64,000 bases of DNA from Owenia fusiformis (taxonomy: Eukaryota), in contig CAIIXF020000001.1 of NCBI GenBank assembly GCA_903813345.2, forward strand, positions 10,106,001 through 10,170,000, read 5' to 3'. Positions 39,130 to 51,100 of this stretch are shown piece by piece. The notes beneath the pieces are model-generated. The model searched no databases. It worked only from the letters and a program-made list of their open reading frames with translations, and was not told the DNA's origin. A program made the translations under genes and the position numbers. Position 1 is the stretch's first letter. Each line of letters begins with the position of its first letter.

Positions 39130-42100
39130 CTATTCAAACTGGTCATAACCGGAACCTGTCCCCACGTCATCCTTAAAGCTTGGCTGAAACAGAAAGCATT
39201 TGGTTTTTATAATCAAAAGCAATTAAACATGATACATGATAAGTATTGTTTGTAACTACACACTGTTCACAAAAGGAACTAACTGTGTCTAGTTGATAGC
39301 ACATAATACATGCATACCATATCATACCAAATTGTAGCTAAACTTCGGAACTTTTTTCATAGTAGGGGGGATTTATTTCAAGTTTGTAGAAAATATGAAG
39401 GTACATAACATAGACACTGCATGTATTGGCATTGAAGGACCTAATCCACCACCATTCAATAATCAATATAGGTAGGGGGACATCTAAAGATGGTACAATT
39501 TTTTTTATCTTTATTGTTAGGTTATTGGTTTATTTTCAGCCTAAACACATATTATATAGTTTACAATAATGTTGAGGACCTAGGCTAAAGAATCATTAAT
39601 GGGGCCCCTCATGACGTAAACTTTTGTTAAAAAAATAATAAGACAGTTCAGTATGTGAAATGTACAGCAATGACAGATGGATGGTATCCAGGTCAGCCAT
39701 GTTACCCAGAGTATGAATGATGAATCTTGGGATGGGGGTGATAGGGTCATTGTAATATCCCATCTATGGATATGAATATAATGGCAGCATTGCTCTTTAC
39801 CCCACTCATCTGAAGTTTTTTCGTTCAAACATTTAAAGAGTTTAGCTTTGCTAGTATCAAATACAACAAAACTAGACAGTGAAGGCTACTATGTAATGAA
39901 GCCGAAGTGTTCTCTGGGGCAGTGCCATGAGATAGCATGTGACAATTTGGAATCATGATTTCAGTTCAGAATGAAAAAACACCATTCACTAAAATTTTTG
40001 TTTTTTCATGCTTTAGAACATAAATGCATCTACAACAAAATAAGATAAGAAAAGACTGTCAACATTTCAGATATTTGACTGAGATGGAGAATTATTTGCC
40101 TAAAACAAGGTACACGGTATGTACAGTACATTGAGATTGGATTGAGAGAGTTCCCTTATTTACTATCTCCATAATCACGGTGCCCGATACTACCCAACGT
40201 AAATCATTCCGGACTTGTTTTTCACTTGTTTTTCATAACCATTTGGACTCATTTTGAAAGGGAATGAGATGAGTCATTCAGCAGAATGGCTCAAAAAGAT
40301 ATTGCAATTCAATCGTTTAGAAAAATACATATATTAACTTCTACCTAAGACATTCTTTTTCATACCCACGTATCTATTTTGGCGATTGTGCCATCATAGA
40401 TCATATTTATCGGCATTAAATAACAAAAAGTGCCAGAAATATGCTCTAAATCTCCATTAGTGTCATTTTACCAGGTTTAAACAAAAAATCATTTTATATC
40501 GTGGAACACTATCCACTACATTAAAGATCGTGTTAATATCTTAAGTATCTGTACCTTCAATTTGCCATAAATGTCCGAAATGAAAAAAGTTGAGTTAACG
40601 ACGGCGAATGGTCATTATTCTGACACGGACTTGTCTTGTTATCACTGGGTGAACGACTGTGAATTGTAAACTTAATGCTTTCGACGTAATAAAAATATAA
40701 TGATTTGGAATTGTCTTGTATTCATACGTTCTGTTGCTTGATAATTTGTCTATTCTTTTGGAAAAGTTGCATTTGGTATGTTTTTGTATTCTTTTCAAAA
40801 AATATGTGGGGCTCAAATTATTACTGTAAGTTTACAGTAAATCCTGTCTTAGTGGACACCTCTCTCGTAAAGAGGTAAAACCTATAGATTTAGGCCATTA
40901 AATAATTTAGTGCATTGAAAGTTAAAGGGAGAGTCTAAAGTTGTTAACAATCCAGAGGCAAACTAGTTGATTTTTAACAGTGTAATGACCTTCGTTATCA
41001 AGTCGCTACTATAGTCTCAGCTGTGGTGGCTAACCTTTATGGCTCAGGGGTAGAACGTCTGACTCGAGAGCGGGAGGTCCTGGGTTCGATTCCCGTACGG
41101 GGCGTTGAATTTAGCACATCCTCTTTCGAGTAGTATCTGGCTTGGTACACTATAGCTCCCTGACTAGCGTGCCCAGGGGCCGTTACAACAGTAAATAACG
41201 ATTAAAACTGATTATTTCTTCTCAACTTTCACTAGACTTCTTGCTTAGCATTAATGTGAGCATGGAAGTCAGTTTAAAGCCAATAAGGGTGTTTTAAAGT
41301 CTTATTTGAGGCAAACTTATGCTCACATTTTTCATATTCAAAATAGCGACGAGTGTCTTTAAAAAAGCGAAGAGGCAAAACACAAGATAAAGTAAAAAAT
41401 CAATTTTTCTCTCTACATGCATTCTTGCCCCTTGAAAGTATCAAGTAAAGAACAATAACGACAATTGCTACTCATTTAAACCATTTTAAATCATGATTTT
41501 CGTTCACAATATGGCTACTTTCATTATGAATCGGTGTATTCATTGGATACAAGGCAGGCTGGTGATTATCTATCAAAATGAGCAGAATCGCTCACATCCC
41601 GAAAATAACAAGACTTTAGCAAACAGTTGGACAAAAAAGGCGTTTGCGGGTGCCTGAAGTAAGGGTATATAGTATGGTAAGTTATCTAATTGTATTATAT
41701 TTACATAAAGTCAAGTGAAAGCAATTTTATAACCAAATTTACAAACATACCTCTACTTTTTTCCATAAATCAAGTCCAAATGGTTATGAAAAACAAGTCC
41801 GGAACGATTAACATTGGGTAGTATCGGACACCGTGATAATGATTTAGGTTAAAAGAGAGAGTAAAGTTTAGCATGTATTGCCTTGGTAAGAACCATGACT
41901 AGCACTTACACAAAAATTTTATGATTTTTATAACAATTAACAGTACCATAAGTACGTCAATGAATAATGAGTTTACGATAAGAACCACCACCAATTTTGA
42001 GGTAAATCCAGGGGTACATCTAAGTAAGCATATTGCCAGTCAGTTTACCTGAGAATTTGTATTGTCTCCAGGTGTTTCAGATTTAGGATTTAGCTGCATT

Positions 42101-45100
42101 TAATCAAAAGAAATGACTTCAACCAGATAGTGACAAACATAATCTATCAAGAGCTTTATACATCATGCAAAATCACTATCAGTATCAAGCGAAGGTAACA
42201 GCCGTAACCTTCGCACCTTAGATTGCGGATGGTAATTGACGATTTAGATATTTTTAGTGTTCATTGCATTGAATTAAACTACTTTATAGTTGACATGATG
42301 ATAATTCGATGCAATATCGAAATCGACATTTACCATCCACCATCTTACAGTGAAGGTCAAAGCCATTACTTTTGCTTGATACTGACTGGTGAAAATGAGA
42401 ATTTTGCTTCATTATCTCAAAATATTTGTGTCTTTATTATTAATTCTGCATACTACATATTCCTTCTGTGCATGCATGCCTCAATAATGCCTTCTTTATT
42501 ATTCTGAACCACCTCTTCCAAGCCAATATATTTTGATTGGCCGAACATAAATAGTGCCTGGCTTACATTGGTGCCCCCACTTCCTACATGCCTATCATAT
42601 TTTGACCCTCCCCCCTTAGAAATAAGAATAGTTCTTGTCTTATTCTGCACCTCCCTTATATGGATACCCCCTCCCTCATATATGCAATGCTTGCCTTATA
42701 CTGCACCTCCCCTCTGGACCTCCCCCTATATGCCTGTCATTGTCTAGTGCCCCTCTCTATACATGCCTGCCTTATTCAAGTCCCCATACTATGATACATG
42801 CCTGTCATACTCCAATGCGCCCCCCCCCCCCTCCCTTATATGCCCTGACTTATTCCTGTGCCTCCTCCCACACATGCTTCACTTACATTTATGGAATGAG
42901 ATGGAAATGTTATGCTACTAAGCTGCAAGTACATTAATAAACAGGCAGCTCATCTAAGATATTGTAGAGTGGGGCCTGCATCCTTACCATCTATGCGAAC
43001 AGGGAATTGCAATACAATAATAATCAACAATAATTTGGATGGAAAAAGCCTATATTCATATATACACGTACACTACTATTATACAACATATGCTGAGAGA
43101 CAAAAATACACCTAACGTGTACTATAAGTAATGGCCCAGTGATCTCTCCATGTCACTTCTACTGGGAGCCCCTACTTGAAACCAAATGCCACCCAGTTGG
43201 CACCTTGTACTTCAACTTCTGATTTGAAAAATAAGTCAAGTAAGCAGCCATCTGGAGATTTTTTAAGATTTGAAAAATTGCACCCAGTTGGGGAGAACTG
43301 TGGCCATTTTGAAAATTCTGCCATGTACATCGTTCCACAAAATACATGTACACTCTAAAAACGAGTGTTGTTATGTTAACGTGTTAATGTGTTTGTTTTT
43401 GGTATATTAACACATTGATGCGTAATTACAGGAGCTTTTTTAACACGAGGCGTTTGCTTTTTAACTACGTTTTTGACAAGCGTTTTTCCTGTGTTAAGCG
43501 TTAAATAACTGTTTTGGATTTTCTTTGAAACACTTTTATTAACACTGTAACACTTGAAAAACGCATTTAAACTATCAACGCTTCAAAAACGCCTCACGTT
43601 TATAACGAGATGCGCATACGCAGTCTTTTCTAACGATATCCGGTCACAAGGGCAGGCCTGTCAACTGTCCCGCAATTTGCGTATTTGTCACGCATTTGCT
43701 GAATAATTTGAAGTCACGCCAGTTATTTTTGCGTGACAGAAAATGTCACGCAAATACGCATTTTATCTGGTAATTGTCAAGCAAAAATATTTCTGTAGAA
43801 AATTTTTTAAAAACGATCGTCTACACAGCAAAAATACGAACGACGGGAAAAAACGTACGCATTTCGTTCGGAATTTTCACGCGAATTACGGATATGTCAC
43901 GCATTCCGTTCGAAATTTTTCGTACCTATAATACCAAGGAACACGATAGACATGTATATTAAATGATACACTAAATGTGTGTCTCATAATTCCCACATGA
44001 AAAATGTCAAGATGCTTCGTTGATATTTCAAAATGGCGGATGTCCAACCCGAATAAACACAAAGCGTTGAAATACATTGTTGATCGCATTCCTTGGTACT
44101 ACGGATATTCGAAGAGAGAAAAAGTGAACCATTGAATAAAACTTGAAAAAATGAAGAAACAGATATTACCAATTTTGTCTGCACCCTTATGACAGGATAT
44201 TTTTAAGTGTTTCAGAAGTGTTTAACATTAACACTTTTTTTAACACATTGTTGGAGATAAACACGTTTCGTATTAATTATCTGTTGCAAGCCCTGAAACA
44301 CGTTTTTGTGTTAAAAAAAAAACACATGAACATGTTATAATGTATAATTTAAATACACTTAAATATTAACGTCGAAACGTGTTAATTAATATAGTATTAA
44401 CATTAAAACGTGTTAATTATCTGTTGCAAATAAGTGTTAAAACAAGCGTTGTTTTGGCGTTTCCAGTTTTTAGAGTGTAGTCCCAACAGGGTTCTCACCA
44501 GGAAATTTTTAGATCCCAGATTTTTAGCGGTATTATGACTACTTTTTTCGTGGTATCGTGACTACTTCTCCCCCATGTGAGATCAGAGATATCCTATTAG
44601 TATACTTTTCAACATACTTCTTAAGATTATCTTGCTATTTTAATCCCAATATTTATTTCTAACACCCCAGTCACATTTGTCGCACGGCGGCCGTAAGTCG
44701 ACCGCAGATCAATTAAATCAGTGTATTTCTGCGGCGAGCGTAGGAATAATAACTCGGAGTTATAATATTTGTTCATTTCTGAGGTCCCCGTAGAAATCAA
44801 CTGGCTCAACAAGATTGAATCATTATTTGTCAATGTTTCACGATCACTTTTCATTTGGTATTACATCCTAGCACTATGAATAACATTTATAAATTGTCCT
44901 GATGTAAATAAAATGAAAAAAAGTATTATTTATCAACAGAAATTTAAAATTCACCGTGCAGCTGCCGTGGGAAATGTGACTGCAAAAATGATAGACCGCA
45001 CGGCGGCCATGGGAAATGTGACTGGGGTGTAAAAGGTTTCTGACTTCCTATGCCTTGTTTGTATCCAGTTTTATGTATTTTCTCAAGAGTTTTACCGCAA

Positions 45101-48100
45101 ATAATGTGACAAAAATGTAAAATTAGACTCCGGAAAAAACACTTTAGACTCCAGAAAAGCTATTAGACTCTGGAGCAAGAGGGTTTTAAGACATTAAAAG
45201 CCTAGTTGGAACCCTGCCCAAACATTGGCCCACTCTTCTTATTGCTTACTGAGTTATTTCCCTGGAGAAGACTGAGAACAAAACCAGATGTTTGATGAAT
45301 TTTTCTGATTGTTCTGTAAGATACAAGATACATCTTGTTGAGAATTTATTATGAGGTATAATCAGTGATTTAATATTGCTTAGAGTACATGTATGTATTG
45401 TACAGTATTTGTGTTTTTCATGCATTATCCTATTGCACTTTCAAATTGTTCAACTGATGAAATATCTTGACTGAGGCGTTTCTTTAAATTGTCATTATTT
45501 ATGATGATTACTTACATATGCACTTTCTAATGTTCCCTCTTCCTTCATCCTCTTGAACTTACAGCCAAGTACCAAGATTCCAATTAGCTGTAACAATAAA
45601 TCACAGGTATATAACTGGAGAGCATGTTTTATGTGGTATATCAACATGATAATCCATGACATTTCATTTCTTCTCAGCCCTGAGATGTGTTTCAGGTGAA
45701 ACAGAAAGATGCTATGAGTATCAGAATGATGGTATATGCTTATCTCTTCAGTCAATAGGATAGTTTCTAAAATGCAGAAAAAGCAATGGAATCTAGTGCT
45801 GCCATCTTTTATTCAGCTTTTAATTTGGGCTAGAGTTCCATTCACATGCTAAAATCTTGGAAAAGTGGCTTAATTTCATGATTTATCAAAGAGTCTTAGT
45901 TGAATCTATATAAAACTTGAATGATATACCTCATGGTGACCCTGTTTATGTACATGTTGTGATTAAACATGCAAATGTTGGTTGACATACAAATAATCCA
46001 AGGTTTTAAAGAATTTTAGCATTGCATCTATGGAGATTTGGCCCAAGTTTTTTTTAAATTGTCATGGAAAATTATTCAAAATACATAACTGTGTAAATCA
46101 AAGCTAATATAGGAGAAAACAGTTCACTGAATTCAAAGATGCCATTTAAAAGAAGGTAATGTAAGCCATTGGAAGTCTAATATGTAAATCTCTTAAAATC
46201 TCACGAAAAACGAGATTTAGCAAGATTTCAAAAGCTATATGGAAACTATACTATCACAATAGTCTTTGAATTATTCAAAATTCCTGATATATTGCAGCAT
46301 ACCTACAGAATAGAGCTGTGTTCTCAAAATATCCAAAAACAAGACATTAACATGCAAAATGTCACTGCCTGCCATTTACTTAAGACACTGAACACCAACT
46401 GCCAAATGCCAAACACCAACTTCCAAACACCACTATAACCACGCGGTAGTATCTCTTCGGGACGTATCGAAACCACTCCGTCCCGAAAAACCGTTAATTT
46501 GAATTTAAAACCTACCCCAGTGTTTGAAAATCAAGGATTGTGGGTCTCACACTTCACTGTTTTTCTTCAAACTTGTTCCGTACAAAGCTTCACAGAAATA
46601 CCTTTCAGTCGATTCATTGTTTTCGTGTACAAAGTACCTCGTTTTAGCGGCGTTTTGGTCCCCAGCTGTGAGATAAAGCAAATTTTCATAACTTTCAACT
46701 GTAAGTCAAGTTATCTCGCCAGTCTTTTACCCATTCTCGCCCATAATTTCAGAATGGACTCCCATTACAACCTTCCATCGCTACGTCTTGACTTTTGGGC
46801 ATCAAACGCAGCAGTTTCTAAATCATCCACACATCTCTTCAAATTTGACCAATACGTCCCGTCATCTTCCACTACGCCCCGCCGAGTCTATCACTATACA
46901 CGTAGAGTTGCATTCTAAAACAATTTGTCCATCGATGTGTCCGTTTGTAGGTTGCCATTGTCGATTCTAAATACCAATCGGATTGTGTTTTAAGATTTAC
47001 CCATTCTTGTCCATTTTCAATATACCTATAATAGGGTGGTCCAAAATCGGCGGGGCGTAGTGGAAGGTGACGGGACGTATTAGTCAAATTTTAAGAGATG
47101 TGTGGATGATTTAGAAACCGCTGCGTTTGATGCCCAAAAATCAAAACGTAGCGATGGAAGCTTGTAATGGGAGTCCATTCTGAAATTATGGGCGAGAATG
47201 GGTAAAAGACTGGCGAGATAACTTGACTTACAGTTGAAAGTTATGAAAATTTGCTTTATCTCGCAGCTGGGGACCAAAACGCCGCTAAAACGAGGTACTT
47301 TGTACACGAAAACAATGTATCGACTGAAAGGTATTTCTGTGAAGCTTTGTACGGAACAAGTTTGAAGAAAAACTGTGAAGTGTGAGACTCACAATCCTTG
47401 ATTTTCAAACACTGGGGTAGGTTTTAAATTCAAATTAACGGTTTTTCGGGACGGAGTGGTTTCGATACGTCCCGAAGAGATACTACCGCGTGATAACAAC
47501 TTGTGGTGACACATTACCATTTCAGAGAAATATAATGGTATGCACTAATAACTGACATTTTCAGAATAAGTTATATTTCTTTAGTTTCCAGTTGTACAGA
47601 TTATCAAAAGTTGCAATTGAAGTCCAAAAATCACATTTAGACCATAAACTTGTGAGAAGATTCTAAAATTGTTCTTTTCACAGAAATGTTTGACAAAACA
47701 GTCATATAAAGTATCACTAAAAGCTCCTTTTAAATAACAATGATTATGACAAATCACCTCAGATGGATTGATATTAGATAGCTAAAATGGAATGGAAAGG
47801 TAAATATTTCTATAAATGTGTTAAACATGAGAAAAATAACAATAGAAGTGATCAATTTCAGTCAAAATTCAGTTTTTAAATTGTCTTAGAGAGTGACCAG
47901 ATCAGCTTGACCTAGAAGTTTTAACAAAGGCCATCAATTTCATTCCAAATATGGAAAGTGTAAAAATAGAACTGTCAATCAAATTATACTGTGGAAGAAA
48001 AAGTTGTACATGTTATCTGATCTTGATTTTCTTGGACCCAGACTTGAAGTTTTATAACAATGCTCAAAATTTAATTTGTGAACACTAAAAAACTATTTAA

Positions 48101-51100
48101 TGAATATTCATAAAGGTTAGTGTGACTTATTTATAGAAAATTATCAAAATTCATATTCTATTTACCAAAGTAAAAGAAATTAAAATGTCAGAGTTAATCT
48201 ATCTGGTAATGGCTGGTTTTGGTAAGAATATCTATTCCCATCAATTGAAACAAAGTATATGATTTTTTTTATATTTCTATACAATTTTAAGTCCACACTT
48301 CACATCTATGACAACAGTTCCTATGGTAACACTAATTCTTAATTCCCTGTTTTTTCTTCTTCATAATGAATCACAAACAAAAACACAAGACATAAACGAC
48401 AAAATGCAACCACCTGAAAATGGTTGCAAAAGTATAACAACTGTTACAAAGGTCAACCAAAGGTCATATCTCAAATCTAAAGTCAGATGATTTTGAAAAA
48501 TGGTCAATTTGAAGCAAGTTGCAAAAGGTTACAAAAGAGGAACAATTTTTACAGATGAAGGTCAACCAAACATCAAATCTAAGGTCAGATTTGAACTTCC
48601 AAGAACTTTGGTCAAAATTGGTCAATTTGAAGCAAGTTGAAAAAGACCTCTTCGACTTTTTTTTCTTCAATTTGTTGCCATGGTAACAAATATTGGCAGA
48701 AATGTGTTGGAACTCACAGGATGTTAATATATGTTGACAGTGAAAAATTGAAATCAGTCTTAATAGTACTTGATGTTATTGGAAGTTGTAAGAATTTGTT
48801 ACAGGCACCAACTGCAAGATGCCAACCATCAAATGCCAACCACCAAACACCATTCACAAAACGGTTGAAGACTATAACAATATATCATCACGTGGCATAA
48901 AAACCGTTTGTCTTATTTTTCAGATGTTACAAGTAAAACGATGATATTATATATATATGCCACGTGTAAAAACTAGATTGATTTTCACTTTTTTAAAACA
49001 ACAGGAAAATTGCAACATATGGTAGGCGTTTTTAATTGCGTTGTTCAAAGTAGATTGCATCTTTGGTCCAATAGTATTTCAATTCTTTCCATAGCTGCAA
49101 TAGAAGCAAAGCCAGATCTTGAAGGATGAGTAATTGTTAAAGTTTGAATATCGACAACAATATATTGGATGTATTTTCTATTAATCATGGGAATTTTGAC
49201 CAAAATTTGGAAAATTTCAAAAATAGGGAGATCCAAGAAAAGCAAAACTGTCAAATAATGTTGAACTCTTCGTTGTCAGTCTCCAACCAAATGTGGGACA
49301 AATGAGCCGCGTACAATAAACTCATACATAAGTAATAAACAGTATTATGTTTGATTTGACCTACCAGTGTAAAACTAAAGAAGAGTCCAAAACCTCCAGA
49401 TACTTTTTTGGCATGGAACATAATTGGCTGCATTCTATCCCAGCACTGAGTGGAACAAGGACATCCGGGTAATGATTTCGGTAGTGTGGTTCCGGTACAG
49501 CATACATATGTTTCATTTGCTTTCAAATTCTTACAGCACTCAAGCTAAATTCAGATATTATATATGATCGATTATTTTGCATACTCACCAGTGTAAAGCT
49601 AAAGAATAAACCGGTTCCACCAGCAGCTAGGGTTGCGTAATGCATAGTTTTTCGTAGTCTTTCATAGCAAGTAGTTTTACATGGACAAGGTGGGTCTGCT
49701 GTGAAGGGTGACCCAGTACAACAACTGGCTTTAGATAGTACCTGTTTAACCGTACAGCAAGAAATCTGGAAGGTACCATAACCACCACTAATCACCACAT
49801 ATACGAGGGGTGATTCAAAAGTAATGGACAAAATTTTATAGGCATACTAAATTTCACCCAATCAGTCTAATTTTTTCACAGTGAATAGATCAATCAATTC
49901 TCTATTTTGTGTCGAATTCTCATTTAAATGCATTTGAAATTGTTTCAGCTATGCGTAACCATGGTAACAAGGGTAAGCATGGGTGGAATTGGTTTTTTAA
50001 TGATAATTGAATGTTTTTGTCATTTTTGCTTGATTTCGTTTTAATGACTCAATTACCACACATGATATGTCTAACAAGCATGGTAATGCAATTGTCAAGC
50101 AAGACTCACATGCCCATGTGTTTGCTGTTGAGTTCTAAATTCAGCAACCAATTGTACTATGACATCACAATGATATTTCTAAGACAGGCACTTCAAAAGA
50201 AAAGGAAAGACACAAGAGAATCGTTTGTTACACATGGACAATGCCCCAGCACACAGGTCCAAGCTAGTTCAGGATACTCTTGCAGCATTCATGGACATGC
50301 CTCAACTTCCACATGTTCCATATAGCCCTGATACTGCTCCTTGTGATTTCTATCTTTTTCCCACCCTTAAGATGGGATTAAAGGGACAATCCTTTCAGAC
50401 ATTAGCTGAGCTGGAAATGGCTGTACAAAAACAGCCGAACACCATGGCTGCTGATGGATTTGGACATGAGTTCTCTGCATGGGTGCGCTGACAGAAGAAA
50501 GTAATTGAACTTGGAGGAGAATACATTGAGGATTGAATATAATTCAAATGGATGATCATCAGGAATAATAAGGAATGATATGGATTATTATTGAACTTAC
50601 TGCGATATGCTTTTCATATACATCTTGCATTGCAAAATATATTGCACCAGCAAACTTTTCATTGAAAATCCATTTGTTATTTTGATGAAAATAGCCTTAA
50701 AAATGGATTCCGGGTGTATGCACCATGATCCAAGAGAAGTGCTCTATCTCAAAATGTATTTGCATTTAGTTAATAAAATTTTAACATCTAATAGATAATT
50801 GATTAATCTTTATTTGTACAAAGTTTCATTCAAATCTGGTAAAGGTAAGCGTGCCTATAAAATTTTGTCCATTACTTTTGAACCACCCCAAGCAATAGGT
50901 TAAAACAAATACAACAGAATAAATAAACTATAAATAAATGTGTTCAAATATCCTTGAGTCAAGGAAACTTTGAGCAAAGTGAAATGTTCAAGCGAGAATT
51001 TATGAATGTGACACCAAATCGAAGCCATCTTCCAAATAGATACATGGATCTATTTCTGCTTGCTAGATCAGCTTGGATGCATATATCCCTTTAGCAGTAA

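Noticed and set aside
41034-41103. Apparent tRNA gene (CGA anticodon position)
   Set aside because: The acceptor and anticodon stems pair poorly, there is no oligo-T terminator directly after it, and it lies inside a TG...CA unit with a TSD.
46499-47307. Near-identical ORFs on opposite strands (139 aa and 75 aa)
   Set aside because: They are mirror translations of the two arms of the fold-back element, with no protein motif.
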